64,000 nt of DNA, taken from assembly GCA_963833955.1 (NCBI GenBank), contig CAWHZY010000007.1, positions 111,943 through 175,942 of the forward strand. The letters run 5' to 3'. The notes beneath the pieces were generated by a model that did not search any database, was not told the origin of the DNA, and saw nothing but the letters and a program-made list of their open reading frames with translations. The position numbers were made by a program, and so were the translations under genes. Shown here piece by piece: positions 31,639 to 42,436 of the stretch (its first letter is position 1; every line of letters begins with the position of its first letter). Source of the stretch: an uncultured Alphaproteobacteria bacterium. Its GTDB lineage: Bacteria > Pseudomonadota > Alphaproteobacteria > Rhizobiales > Beijerinckiaceae.

Positions 31639-33135
31639 TCATTCCACCGGCACGGCGACAAAGCGAACCTCGCCTTCGCCGTTGGAGACGAGCAACAACG
31701 CCGGCTTCTTCGCGTCCTTCTTCGCGTCGTCGATCGCTTTCGAGATGTCGCCCGGATGTTCGACCGCCTGATGATTGACCTCCTCGATCACATCGCCCCG
31801 CCGCAATCCTCTTTCCGCCGCGGCCGAGCCGGGCTCGACGGAAGTCACGATCACGCCCTTGACGCTGTCTTTGATCTTGAAGGTCTTGCGGGCCTCCTCG
31901 CTCAGGGCGGAAAACTCCATGCCCAGAGCCTTGGTGACGGCGTCCAGCTTCGGCGCATCATCATTTTCAGTGGCGAGCGCGACCTTTTTTTCTCCGTCCT
32001 CGAGGCGCCCGAGCGTCACCGTCTTGGTCACTTCCTTGCCGCCGCGGATGACCACGACGTCGACCTGCTTGCCGACGGCCATCGAAGCCACGAGGCGCGG
32101 AAGATCGCGCGATTCCTTGACCTCCTTGCCGTCGAACTTGACGATCACGTCGCCCGCCATGAGGCCCGCAGGCTTTGCTGGACCCTTCTCATCGACGCCG
32201 GCGATCAGAGCGCCCCGCGCCGTTCCTAAATTCAAGCTGTCGGCGATGGTGTCGTCGACCGGCTGGATGCGCACGCCAAGCCAACCGCGCCGGGTCTCAT
32301 GGAACTCCGAGAGTTGCCCGATCACCGGCACGACGGTCGCCGAGGGCGTGGCGAAGCCGATGCCGATCGAGCCTCCCGAAGGCGAGAGGATCGCGGTGTT
32401 GATGCCGATCACCTCGCCCTGCAAATTGAACAGCGGGCCTCCCGAATTGCCCTTGTTGATCGAGGCGTCAGTTTGAAGGAAATCGTCATAGGGGCCGCTG
32501 TCGATATTGCGGTTGCGGGCGGAAATAATGCCGGCGGTCACGGTTTCGCCAAGGCCGAACGGATTGCCGACCGCCATCACGCCGTCGCCAACGCGCATCT
32601 TGTCGCTGTCGCCGAACTTGACCGTCTTGAGCGGCTTGTCGCTTTCCACCTTCAACACCGCCACGTCCACCTTCGGGTCTTTGCCGACGACTTTGGCCTT
32701 GAGTTTGCGGCCATCGGTAAGGATGACGACGATATCGTTGGCGTCCCCGACCACGTGGTTGTTGGTGATGACGATTCCGCTCGGATCGATGATGAAGCCG
32801 GATCCCAGGGACTGCGCGCGGCGGGCGCGGGGCTGCGGATTGATGCCGTGGTTCTTGAAGAACTCCTCGAACATCTCGTCGAAGGGCGTCCCCTTCGGCA
32901 AATCGGGAGCGGCGTCCTTGTCTTCGACCGTCTGAGTGGCGGAAATGTTCACCACCGCGTCGGCGACCTGGTCGACAAGGTCGGCGAGATTGTTTGGCCG
33001 CGCCTGAGCGAACGCGGGTTCGGCCGGGGCCAAGACCAGCGGAGCGGCGACGACAATCGAAAGGACTGCGAGCGCGCACGCCGATCTTGCCGCACGGCGA
33101 GGCCCCGCCGAAATTCGCAACCCGTCTTGCAGCAT
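31639..33135 (-). CDS. degP: Do/DegP-family periplasmic serine protease with two PDZ domains
   Basis: TNNHVV, QTDASINKGNSGGPL, RGWLGV. Confidence 0.92.
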   Translation of the reverse strand: MLQDGLRISAGPRRAARSACALAVLSIVVAAPLVLAPAEPAFAQARPNNLADLVDQVADAVVNISATQTVEDKDAAPDLPKGTPFDEMFEEFFKNHGINPQPRARRAQSLGSGFIIDPSGIVITNNHVVGDANDIVVILTDGRKLKAKVVGKDPKVDVAVLKVESDKPLKTVKFGDSDKMRVGDGVMAVGNPFGLGETVTAGIISARNRNIDSGPYDDFLQTDASINKGNSGGPLFNLQGEVIGINTAILSPSGGSIGIGFATPSATVVPVIGQLSEFHETRRGWLGVRIQPVDDTIADSLNLGTARGALIAGVDEKGPAKPAGLMAGDVIVKFDGKEVKESRDLPRLVASMAVGKQVDVVVIRGGKEVTKTVTLGRLEDGEKKVALATENDDAPKLDAVTKALGMEFSALSEEARKTFKIKDSVKGVIVTSVEPGSAAAERGLRRGDVIEEVNHQAVEHPGDISKAIDDAKKDAKKPALLLVSNGEGEVRFVAVPVE

Positions 33136-33282
33136 GGGGGTTCTCCTCAGATTCGTCGATCGGTCCGGCTCAACATAGCAGCTTGAGCGAAGCTCGCCCT
33201 GCGCACGTCCGCGCCCTCGGCAGCGCCGGTCCGTGCCTCGATCGCCGAGTCCAGCCGAGTTGCGTCGATGACATCGTGCATA

Positions 33283-34218
33283 TCAGTCCGCCTTCGCTGA
33301 AGGCGCGGAATTTGCAGGCGGCGTCGGAGGCGTTGCAGTCTCGGGGGCGGGATTCGGCGTCGAGAAGTACCGGAAGAAGTCCGACTTCGGACTGATGAGC
33401 GCGCGCGTCCGCCCGTTGGCGAAGCTGTTCTCATAGGCCTGCATCGAACGGTAGAAGCCGAAAAAATCTGGATCGGCGCCGTATGCATCGGCGAAGATCC
33501 GGTTGCGTTCGCCATCGCCCTCGCCCCGGATCTGCTCCGACTGCTGCTGAGCCGTTGCGGTGATGACCGTGACCTTACGGTCAGCTTCTGCCTTGATCTG
33601 CTGGCTCTGCTGTGATCCTTGCGCGCGATAGGAGGCGGCGCGCTGTTGGCGTTCGGTCTGCATGCGGCGGAACACTGCCTCCGAGTTCTCCGCCGGCAGA
33701 TCCGCGCGCTTGATGCGCACGTCGACGACATCAAGGCCGAAGCGCTTGGCGCCCACAATCATCTGATCCTTGATGTCGGCCATCAGCGCGTCGCGCTTGT
33801 CGCGCACGATATCGGTGATCGAGGCCCCCGATAACGAGCGGCGCAACGCCGAGTTCAGCATGCCGCCGAGTTGCGCGTCGGCGCCCCGCGTGTCGCCGAC
33901 CGATTGATAAAACAAGAGCGGGTCAGCAATACGGTAGCGCACGAAGGCGTCGACCTCGAGACGCTGATTGTCGGCGACCAGCACTTCCTGGCGCTCGTTG
34001 TCGAGGGCGAGAATGCGCTTGTCGATATAGACCACCGTGTCGACAAACGGCCACTTGAAATAGAGGCCGGGCGCGTCGATGAGGTCGCGAACCGGCTGGC
34101 CGAAGCGCAAGATGAGCGCCTGTTCGGTCGGATTGACGATGAACGTCGCCATCGAGGCGAGGATGATCGCGACGACCGCGATCGCCGCGAGGACAACGCC
34201 GTTTAGGGAACGGTTCAT
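33283..34218 (-). CDS. hflC: FtsH modulator HflC
   Basis: PGLYFKWPF, DVRIKRADLP, RMQTER, FYRSMQAY, SDFFRY. Confidence 0.95.
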   Translation of the reverse strand: MNRSLNGVVLAAIAVVAIILASMATFIVNPTEQALILRFGQPVRDLIDAPGLYFKWPFVDTVVYIDKRILALDNERQEVLVADNQRLEVDAFVRYRIADPLLFYQSVGDTRGADAQLGGMLNSALRRSLSGASITDIVRDKRDALMADIKDQMIVGAKRFGLDVVDVRIKRADLPAENSEAVFRRMQTERQQRAASYRAQGSQQSQQIKAEADRKVTVITATAQQQSEQIRGEGDGERNRIFADAYGADPDFFGFYRSMQAYENSFANGRTRALISPKSDFFRYFSTPNPAPETATPPTPPANSAPSAKAD

Positions 34219-35321
34219 TTGGCGCCGGCTCCCGTCTTTGGCGGCAACGCATCGAGCGCGATGTAGGGCACGGGCGGGCTTGCGGAGTTCGAATCGACGA
34301 GGGTTTTGTCCATCGGGCCAAGCACCCGCTCCATCGTCTCAAGATACATCCGCTCGCGAGTGACGGCGGGCGCCTTCTTATATTGCTGGTAGATCTGGTT
34401 GTAGCGCGCGGTCTGGCCCTTGGCGTCCAGGATCGTCTGCTCGCGATAGGCCTGGGCCTCGGCGACGATGCGTGCGGCCCCGCCCTCGGCCTCCGGAACG
34501 ACCTTGTTGGCGTAAGTCTCAGCCTCGTTGACCGCGCGCTGCTGGTCTTGTTGCGCGGCGGTTACGTCGCGATAGGCGGAAAGGACCTGGCTGGGCGCGT
34601 CGACAGACTGCAGCTGAACCTGCTTCACGAGAACGCCAGCCCGGTATGCGTTGAGCAGATCCTGCATTCTTTTCTGGACGTCGGCCTCGACGGACGCCCG
34701 ATCGGTGGTGAGAATGCCGTCGATGGTCTTCAAGCCGACGACCTCGCGCATGATGCTCTCGGCAACCGCCTTGACCGTCTCGCGTGGGTTGAGAATGTTG
34801 AACACGTAGTCTTCGGGTTTGGCCGGGTCGATCTGCCAGTTCACTCTGAAGTGAACATCGACGATGTTCTTGTCCCCGGTCAGCATCTGGCTTTCTTCTG
34901 GAATGTCTTCGCCGCCGCCGAGGCTGCGGTAGCCGACTTCAGTGATCTGCTGATCCCAGACCGGAACCTTGATAACCGAACCGATCGGCCAGGGCCAATT
35001 GGTGTTCAGACCGGCGGCCGTCTTGCCGGTGTAGCGGCCGAACACCAGATTGATGCCGACCTCGCTCGGTTGGACCGTATAGAACGTTCCCCAGGCGAAC
35101 CAGACCAGGAGAGCGGCGAGCAGGAGCAACAGCGCTCCTCGGCCGCCTGGCCCTTTGCCGCCTGGGGCCGATCCTCCGGGAATCAGTTTGCCGACGGTCT
35201 CCTGGACGCGGCGGATGATATCCTCAAGGTCGCCCCTCGGCTGGGGCCCTCGCGGCCCTTGGCCCCACGGCCCGCGGCCCTGCGAGCCCCACGGCCCTCC
35301 GCCTTGATTATTCCAGGACAT
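34215..35321 (-). CDS. hflK: FtsH modulator HflK
   Basis: MSWNNQGGGPWG, MLTGDKNIVDV, AESIMREVVG, VTRERMYLETME. Confidence 0.95.
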   Translation of the reverse strand: MSWNNQGGGPWGSQGRGPWGQGPRGPQPRGDLEDIIRRVQETVGKLIPGGSAPGGKGPGGRGALLLLLAALLVWFAWGTFYTVQPSEVGINLVFGRYTGKTAAGLNTNWPWPIGSVIKVPVWDQQITEVGYRSLGGGEDIPEESQMLTGDKNIVDVHFRVNWQIDPAKPEDYVFNILNPRETVKAVAESIMREVVGLKTIDGILTTDRASVEADVQKRMQDLLNAYRAGVLVKQVQLQSVDAPSQVLSAYRDVTAAQQDQQRAVNEAETYANKVVPEAEGGAARIVAEAQAYREQTILDAKGQTARYNQIYQQYKKAPAVTRERMYLETMERVLGPMDKTLVDSNSASPPVPYIALDALPPKTGAGAK

Positions 35322-35425
35322 TCAAACCTCTTGTCGGCCGCCGGCCGATACAGCGGCGCTTATATAGGCATCTGTGGCAAGCCAGCAACAATTCCGACCC
35401 CGCCGGCCGCGGCCAGGACCTTGCC

Positions 35426-36745
35426 TCACTCGTGCGGCGCCGCTTCTTCGTCGTGGTCGACTGCCCGTAAGCTCTCGGTACGGGGGATGAGCGGGGTGAT
35501 TCTGAGCGCGGCGATCCGATTGCGTTGCTTGCGCAGCACTTCGAAGCGGAAGCCATGAAAGCTGAAGGTCTGACGCGCCTCTGGAATCGAGCGCGCCTCG
35601 TGAATGACAAGGCCGGCCACCGTCGCGGCTTCGTCGTCAGGCAAACTCCAGCCCAGCGCGCGATTGAGCTCACGGATCGTCGCGGATCCGTCGACTACGA
35701 CCGAGCCGTCGCGCTGTTTGCGCACGCCCTGCACCGCAACGTCGTGCTCATCGCGAATATCGCCGACGATCTCCTCGATGATGTCCTCGAGCGTGATCAG
35801 CCCCTGCACGACGCCATACTCGTCGACGACGAGCGCCGAATGGGTCTTTCGGCGCAGGAACTCCTGGAGCTGGTCGCGCAGCGTGGTCGATTCAGGGATG
35901 AACCACGGCTCCAGTGTGAGATCGGCAATGTTGAGCTTGCCGGCGTCTCCGCCCGCGGCGACATACGCCCTGAGCAGGTCCTTGGCGTGCAGCACCCCAA
36001 TGATATTGTCCGGCTCGCCGCGCCAGAGAGGCATGCGGGTATAGGGAGACGCGATCACCTCGCGCACCAGTTCCTCCGGCGGCAGGTCAGCGTCGATGAG
36101 CCGCATTTTGGTGCGGTGAACCATCACGTCCGAGACCGGGATCTCGGACAATTCCAGCAGGCCGCCGAACATGTCGCGCTCGTCGCGCTCGACTTCGCCT
36201 TCGCGATGCAGGATGTCGACCGCGCCCATCAGTTCTTCATGGCCGGAAATACCGGGATCGTGATGCCCCAGCGAGACGCCGCACAGGCGCAGGACGCCGC
36301 GCACCAGGATCTCGACCGCGCTCACGATCGGACCGAAGATGGTCACGAAGAAGGACACCAGCGGAGCAACGAGCAGCGACACGCGATCGGGATAGGCGAT
36401 GGCGATCGTCTTCGGCATCACCTCGCCGAAAACAACGATCAGCGCGGTCATGATCGCGGTCGCGGCCCATACCCCTCGCTCGCCAAAGATCCCAAGCAGG
36501 ACGCTCGTCGCGATCGCCGACGAGCCGATGGTGACGAATTGCCCGCCGAGCAGCATCGCGCTGATGAGCCGGCCGCGCGCCCCGATGAGACGCGTGACCA
36601 ACTTCGCCCGCTGGTCGCCCGCGGTTTCGAGCGCATGCATGCGGGCGCGCGAGGCCGCCGTCAGGGCGGTCTCGGCGCAGGCGAAGAACGCGGCGGCGGC
36701 GACGCTCAGGACAATGACGACAATGTCGAGGGTGTACGACATCAA
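35426..36745 (-). CDS. HlyC/CorC (CNNM) family transporter with CBS and CorC domains
   Basis: FFACAETAL, GEVMPK, VVDEYG...TLEDIIEEIVGDI; follows aroB. Confidence 0.9.
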   Translation of the reverse strand: MMSYTLDIVVIVLSVAAAAFFACAETALTAASRARMHALETAGDQRAKLVTRLIGARGRLISAMLLGGQFVTIGSSAIATSVLLGIFGERGVWAATAIMTALIVVFGEVMPKTIAIAYPDRVSLLVAPLVSFFVTIFGPIVSAVEILVRGVLRLCGVSLGHHDPGISGHEELMGAVDILHREGEVERDERDMFGGLLELSEIPVSDVMVHRTKMRLIDADLPPEELVREVIASPYTRMPLWRGEPDNIIGVLHAKDLLRAYVAAGGDAGKLNIADLTLEPWFIPESTTLRDQLQEFLRRKTHSALVVDEYGVVQGLITLEDIIEEIVGDIRDEHDVAVQGVRKQRDGSVVVDGSATIRELNRALGWSLPDDEAATVAGLVIHEARSIPEARQTFSFHGFRFEVLRKQRNRIAALRITPLIPRTESLRAVDHDEEAAPHE

Positions 36746-36796
36746 ACGGTTCTAACACGGGCGGCGCATTCGGGCGTAATGCGCTTCGAAGGGGGG

Positions 36797-38497
36797 TCAG
36801 CTCGGAGCACCCAGTTCGCGCGCCAGGAAGGCTGAGACGCTTGGTTCCTCAACATCGCGGGCGACGAAACCCTCGCCGATGCCTCTGACTAGGATGAAGG
36901 TCAGTTTGCCGCGCTCGACCTTCTTGTCCTGGCGCATTGCAGCCAACAGACTTCCAGAATCCGCCTTAAAATCAGGGATGTCGCCTATGCGGGTCGGAAG
37001 GCCGACGGCCTTCAGGTGCGCCTCGACACGTCCGGCGTCCTGCCCGGAGCACAGACCCAGGTCACGGGAGAAACGAAACGCCAACGCCATGCCGATGGCG
37101 ACACCCTCGCCGTGCACGAGCCGAGCCGGATCATAATCGGTCAGCTTCTCCAAGGCGTGGCCAAACGTATGCCCAAGGTTGAGCAGCGCGCGCTCGCCCT
37201 GTTCCGTCTCGTCGGCGACGACGACGCGCGCCTTGGCCGTGCAGCTGATCGCGATCGCTTCGGCGCGGGATGGTCCGCCGGCGAACAGATCGCGCCAGTT
37301 CGATTCCAGAAACTCGAAAAACCCGCGATCGCCAATCAGTCCGTACTTGGCGACCTCGGCGAAGCCCGCGCGGAAATCGCGCTCGCTGAGAGAATTGAGG
37401 CACGTGGTGTCGGCCAGCACCAGCGAGGGCTGATGAAACGCCCCGATGAGGTTCTTTCCATGCCGCGAATTGATCCCCGTCTTGCCGCCCACGCTTGAGT
37501 CGACCTGAGCCAGGAGGGTCGTCGGGATCTGCACCAATCGCACGCCCCGGCGCAGCGTCGCGGCGCAGAATCCGGCCAGGTCGCCGACCACCCCGCCGCC
37601 AAGCGCAATGACAATGTCTCTTCGCTCGATGCGCGCCTCGATCAGCGCGTCGGCGACGCGGGCGAACTCGGAATAGGACTTCGCGCCCTCCCCCGGCGGG
37701 CAGACGATCGAGGTGGAGCGCAAACCCGCCCGATCCAGGCTTGCGATGAGCCGATCGAGATAAAGCGGCGCGACCCGCGCGTCGGTCACCACGGCGCAAT
37801 TGACGCCCGGAGCGATCCGCGCGATTTCGGCCCCCGCGTCGTCGAGGACACCCGGTCCGATCAAGATCGAATAGGCGCGCGCGCCGAGCGGAACCTCCAC
37901 GCGACGCCGCGCTGGAGACGACGCTCCAGCGTCGCTGCCGGGCGCCGGATGGAGGCGCTGGAGGATGGCCTCGACGACGGAATCGTGGGCGGCGTCAAGC
38001 GACTCGATGGTGAAATCGGCCAGCGCATAGATTGGCGACCGCTCTTCGAGCAGCCGACGGAGCGTCTCCTCCGGGTTCGCCGTTCTCAACAGCGGCCGAT
38101 TGGATTTCTTCCGCACCCGAGCAAGCAGAATGTCAAAACTGGGTTTCAACCAGATCGAGACGCCATGCCTTGCGATATTTTCGCGCGTGGTCGCGTTCAT
38201 GAACGCGCCGCCGCCGGTCGCCAGCACCATGGGCCCGCTGGTGAGCAAGCGCGCGATCACCTTGCGCTCGCCCTCGCGGAAATAAGTCTCGCCGAAACGC
38301 TCGAAGATCTCGGAAATCGTCAGTTGAGCGCCCGCTTCGATCTCGGCGTCGGCGTCGACGAATGGCAATCCAAGCTTTGCCGCAAGCCGTTTTCCAACCG
38401 AGGTTTTTCCGGCTCCCATCATGCCGACAAGCACGACGGAGCGCCCGGTAAGCGCCGACGTCGCCTGTCCGGCGTCGGTCGATTGGCCCTGACTTAT
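36797..38497 (-). CDS. aroB: Bifunctional shikimate kinase / 3-dehydroquinate synthase (start codon reads ATA at 38497, probably ATG)
   Basis: GMMGAGKT, RPLL (AroK); GGGVVGD, PTTLLAQVDSSVGGKTGIN, LNLGHTFGHA, HGEGV, DKK (AroB). Confidence 0.93.
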   Translation of the reverse strand: MSQGQSTDAGQATSALTGRSVVLVGMMGAGKTSVGKRLAAKLGLPFVDADAEIEAGAQLTISEIFERFGETYFREGERKVIARLLTSGPMVLATGGGAFMNATTRENIARHGVSIWLKPSFDILLARVRKKSNRPLLRTANPEETLRRLLEERSPIYALADFTIESLDAAHDSVVEAILQRLHPAPGSDAGASSPARRRVEVPLGARAYSILIGPGVLDDAGAEIARIAPGVNCAVVTDARVAPLYLDRLIASLDRAGLRSTSIVCPPGEGAKSYSEFARVADALIEARIERRDIVIALGGGVVGDLAGFCAATLRRGVRLVQIPTTLLAQVDSSVGGKTGINSRHGKNLIGAFHQPSLVLADTTCLNSLSERDFRAGFAEVAKYGLIGDRGFFEFLESNWRDLFAGGPSRAEAIAISCTAKARVVVADETEQGERALLNLGHTFGHALEKLTDYDPARLVHGEGVAIGMALAFRFSRDLGLCSGQDAGRVEAHLKAVGLPTRIGDIPDFKADSGSLLAAMRQDKKVERGKLTFILVRGIGEGFVARDVEEPSVSAFLARELGAPS

Positions 38498-38799
38498 AAA
38501 CCCTCAAACCTCGCCAGCAAGCGGCTGGGCCTCATACAGGACGCTGGCGGCGAATGCGAGAGCGACGGCGCTTTGCATTCCGACCGCCAACCGTCTTGCG
38601 CGGCGGGCCTGTTCTTGCAACCATGCCGTCACACGACAGCAGGTCCGTAGCGGTCGACAGCGCCGGCGCCAAGACCAAGGTGCGGTAGGAACTGAGAAAA
38701 CCGCGTCCGAGGGGACGCTCGGGTCTAGGGAGTGGATCGCATCGCGATGGTGAGCGCTCAACGCCTCGCCGCATGTCGCAATGCTTTAGGGAGGCCGAC

Positions 38800-40857
38800 A
38801 TGAACGCAGCCAATCACGAGAACCGGGTCGCCGGTCCCCGTCTTGTGGCGATCGTCGGGCCGTTTCAGAGCGGTAAGACCAGCCTTCTTGAGGGGATATT
38901 GGCGCGCGGCGGCGCCGTGGCGCGGCAAGGGTCCGTGCGCGAAGGCACCACCGTCGGAGATTCAAGCTCGGAGGCGCGCAGCCATGCGATGAGCGTCGAG
39001 CCCAACGTCGCCAGCATCGACTATCTCGGGGACAGGCTCACCTTCTTCGATTCCCCGGGTTCGATCGAATTCATCCATGACATGCGCTTCGCGTTGCCCG
39101 TCTGCGACGCCGCCGTCGTCGTGTGCGAGGCCGACCCGCGCAAGATCCCAGCGCTACAGGTCATCTTACGCGAACTGGAAGACCTGGGATTGCCGCGCAT
39201 CCTCTTCCTCAACAAAATCGACCAGGCGAACGGGGGACTGCGCGAAACGCTCGAGATGCTTCAACCGGCCTCGCGCACGCCGCTGCTGCTGCGCCAGATT
39301 CCGGTATGGGAGGACGGCGTCGCCACTGGATTTGTCGATCTCGCGCTCGAGCGGGCCTTCGTCTATCGCGAGGCTGCGCCGTCCAGCGTCATCGAGATGC
39401 CCGCGGGCGTCCTCCCCGAGGAGAAGCAGGCGCGCTATCTCATGCTCGAGAAGCTCGCCGACTATGACGACGCGCTGATGGAGCAATTGATCAGCGACAT
39501 CGACCCGCCGAAGGACCTCGTCTTCGACGATCTGGCCCGCGAACTGCGCGACGGACAGGTCGTGCCGGTTCTCCTGGGTTCGGCGATCGGCGGCCACGGC
39601 GTCACCAGACTCCTCAAGGCGCTGAGACACGAGTTGCCGGGCGTCGCCCATACGCGCAAGCGGCTCGGCATTGAGGATAAAGGGCCAGCTCTGGCGCAGG
39701 TTATGCGCACGGTCCACACCGCGCACGGGGGCAAGCTGTCGCTGGCGCGCGTGCTGCGCGGCGCCTTCGCTGACGGGGGCACCGTCGTCAACTCGCGCGG
39801 GGTCGAGGAGCGCATCGGCGGGTTGGCGCGGCTGATGGGCGCCATGTCCTCGAAACTGACGCGCGCCGACGAAGGCGACACCGTCGCTTTCGCGCGATTG
39901 GAAGACCTCGCCACCGGCGACCGCATCGCGGACGGGCGAGCCCCTCCGTCGCCCGGCGCGACGGCTGGCGCGCCGCCCCCAACTCAGGGAATCGCCATCC
40001 GCGTCAAGGATAGAAAGGACGAGGTCAGGCTTGCGAGCGCGCTGGCCAAACTTTGCGAAGAGGACCGCGCGCTGTCCTATGTCCAGGACGCCGAGATGTC
40101 CGAGTTGAAGCTGCTCGGCCAGGGCGAAATGCACTTGCGCGTGACCGCCGAGAGGCTTGCCGATCGCTTCGGCGTAACCATCCAATCGCAGAAGCCGTCG
40201 GTCGCCTATCGGGAATCAATTCGCGATGCGGTTACGGTGCGCGGACGGCACAAAAAACAGTCCGGCGGCCATGGCCAGTTCGGCGACGTTGTCGTCGAGG
40301 TCGGGCCACGCAATCGCGGCGAGGGCTTCGCCTTCGCCGAGCGGGTGCACGGCGGATCGGTGCCGAGGCAGTATTTTTCTTCCGTCGAAGCTGGCGCGCG
40401 CGACGCGATGGCGCGCGGTCCGCTGGGATTTCCGGTGGTCGATGTTTCGGTGACCCTGGTCGACGGCTCCTATCACACGGTCGATTCCTCCGACATGGCG
40501 TTTCGCGCGGCAGCCAAGCTGGCTTTAGACGAGGCCCTGGTCAAAGCGCATCCGATTCTGCTCGAGCCGATACTCTCGGTGACCGTCTATGTGCCGACCG
40601 AAGCGCTCGCGCGCGCAAGTGCGCTGGTCAGCGCCCGACGCGGCCAGATCCTCGGCTTCGAAGCCCGCGAGGGCTGGGCGGGCTGGGAGGCGCTGCGGGC
40701 GCTGATCCCGGAGGCCGAGATCGGCGATCTCATTGTCGAGTTGCGCTCCGCGACGTCGGGGGTCGGCGCGTTCGAGACCAAATTCGATCATTTGGCCGAG
40801 CTTTCCGGGCGAGGGGCCGATCTGGTCGTCGCGGCGCGTCAGAAGGCGAGCGCCTAA
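38800..40857 (+). CDS. Elongation factor G-like protein (stand-alone EF-G paralog)
   Basis: GPFQSGKTS, DSPG, NKID, GQGEMHL, HKKQSGGHGQFGD, DSSDMAF, LLEPI; GGAGG RBS; not in the rpsL-rpsG-tuf operon. Confidence 0.9.
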   Translation: MNAANHENRVAGPRLVAIVGPFQSGKTSLLEGILARGGAVARQGSVREGTTVGDSSSEARSHAMSVEPNVASIDYLGDRLTFFDSPGSIEFIHDMRFALPVCDAAVVVCEADPRKIPALQVILRELEDLGLPRILFLNKIDQANGGLRETLEMLQPASRTPLLLRQIPVWEDGVATGFVDLALERAFVYREAAPSSVIEMPAGVLPEEKQARYLMLEKLADYDDALMEQLISDIDPPKDLVFDDLARELRDGQVVPVLLGSAIGGHGVTRLLKALRHELPGVAHTRKRLGIEDKGPALAQVMRTVHTAHGGKLSLARVLRGAFADGGTVVNSRGVEERIGGLARLMGAMSSKLTRADEGDTVAFARLEDLATGDRIADGRAPPSPGATAGAPPPTQGIAIRVKDRKDEVRLASALAKLCEEDRALSYVQDAEMSELKLLGQGEMHLRVTAERLADRFGVTIQSQKPSVAYRESIRDAVTVRGRHKKQSGGHGQFGDVVVEVGPRNRGEGFAFAERVHGGSVPRQYFSSVEAGARDAMARGPLGFPVVDVSVTLVDGSYHTVDSSDMAFRAAAKLALDEALVKAHPILLEPILSVTVYVPTEALARASALVSARRGQILGFEAREGWAGWEALRALIPEAEIGDLIVELRSATSGVGAFETKFDHLAELSGRGADLVVAARQKASA

Positions 40858-40933
40858 ACTTTTGGCGTGTTTCCCGGTATACAGACGCGGCGGCCTTGGC
40901 CTAAACAAGCGGCGCGCCTGTCGAGAGGACCCG

Positions 40934-41941
40934 ATGACCGAAGCCACCAGGGAAGCCAACCGTTTGGCGACGGTATTCGGCGGATCGGGATTCCTCGGAC
41001 GCTACATCGTCAGGGCGCTGGTCCACGAAGGATGGCGCGTCCGGGTGGCGGTGCGTCGACCTGATCTCGCCGCTTTCCTGCAGCCGATCGGCGGCGTGGG
41101 GCAGATCCAGCCGGTGCAGGCCAATCTTCGCTTTCCGGATTCGATCGCCGCGGCGCTCGAAGGCGCGAGCGCAGCCGTCAATGCGACGGGCGTGACTGCC
41201 GAGAGCGGAGCGCAAACCTTCAACGCCGTGCACGTCGAGGGCGCCCATGCGGCGGCCCGAGCGGCAGTGGCCGCGCGGGTGTCGTCCTATGTGCATATTT
41301 CGGGCATCGGCGCTGACCCGGACTCCGCTTCGCCTTATATCGCAAGCAAGGGGCTCGGAGAGAAGGCGACGCGCGAGGCGTTTCCCAACGCCATCGTCCT
41401 GCGTCCGTCAGTCGTGTTCGGCCCCGAGGATGGCTTCTTCAACCGCTTTGGCGCCCTCGCCTGCTATTTCCCGGCATTGCCCCTGCTGGGCGGCGGCGAA
41501 AGTCGTTTGCAGCCAGTTTATGTCGGCGATGTCGCGCGGGCGGTCGCGGCGGCGCTCTCCGGCTTAGCGAAGCCCGGCACGACGTACGAACTCGGCGGTC
41601 CACGAACGATGACGCTGCGCGAAGCGGCCGAACTTACCTTGAGCGCAATTGATCGCCGCCGTCTGCTTATCGGCCTTCCCCTCGCTCCGTCGCGTTGGCT
41701 CGCGTCCCTCACACAGTTCGGGTCGAAAGCGACATTCGGGCTTTTTCCCAAATTGTTGACCACGACCCGCGATCAAGTGGATTTGCTTGCGTCTGACAAC
41801 CTCGTATCCGCGGAGGCAGAAGCGGAGGGACGCGTGCTGAACGCCCTTGGGATCCTGCCGCAGGCTGCCGAGGCGATCATCCCGTCCTATCTCACGCGGT
41901 TTCGGCGGACCGGCCAATACGAGGCTCTCCGTTCGGACTGA
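40934..41941 (+). CDS. Complex I NDUFA9-family NAD-dependent epimerase
   Basis: [44 protein letters not shown]. Confidence 0.9.
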   Translation: MTEATREANRLATVFGGSGFLGRYIVRALVHEGWRVRVAVRRPDLAAFLQPIGGVGQIQPVQANLRFPDSIAAALEGASAAVNATGVTAESGAQTFNAVHVEGAHAAARAAVAARVSSYVHISGIGADPDSASPYIASKGLGEKATREAFPNAIVLRPSVVFGPEDGFFNRFGALACYFPALPLLGGGESRLQPVYVGDVARAVAAALSGLAKPGTTYELGGPRTMTLREAAELTLSAIDRRRLLIGLPLAPSRWLASLTQFGSKATFGLFPKLLTTTRDQVDLLASDNLVSAEAEAEGRVLNALGILPQAAEAIIPSYLTRFRRTGQYEALRSD

Positions 41942-42089
41942 ACGTGTTCGGCGCTCACTTCGTCGACGTCAAGGCGAAGGCGAACGGCGTAGCGTCGTGC
42001 CGGGGACGCGGTTTCCTATTGATGCGGACCCCCGTTTCAGGGCATTAAGGCGGGGCGAGCGTTGGCGCATTTCGAGTTGGGGACATTCG

Positions 42090-42383
42090 GTGATCAAGTC
42101 TGAACTCGTCCAGCGGATGGCGGCCCGCAATCCGCATCTCTATCAACGCGATATCGAGAACATCATCGACGCAATTCTCGGCGAGATCACGAATGCGCTG
42201 GCGCGCGGCGAGCGCGTCGAGTTGCGCGGCTTTGGCGCCTTCTCGACCAAACAACGCCAGGCCCGCACGGGCCGCAATCCGCGCACCGGCGACAAGGTTC
42301 CAGTGACCGAGAAACTGGCGCCGTTCTTCAAGACCGGCAAAGAAATGCGCGAGCGTCTCAATCGCGCCGCGGACTCGCTCTAG
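42090..42383 (+). CDS. ihfB: Integration host factor beta subunit
   Basis: [37 protein letters not shown]. Confidence 0.95.
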   Translation: MIKSELVQRMAARNPHLYQRDIENIIDAILGEITNALARGERVELRGFGAFSTKQRQARTGRNPRTGDKVPVTEKLAPFFKTGKEMRERLNRAADSL

Positions 42384-42436
42384 AATTTCGCGCCCATGAG
42401 CTCTCGCGAGAGCTCGGTCGAGGAGATGAGGCTTGT

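Noticed and set aside
36797-38497. aroK-aroB fusion as a novelty; ATA as a genuine start codon
   Set aside because: The fusion is known in Hyphomicrobiales, and ATA reverts to ATG on restoring a GANTC site.
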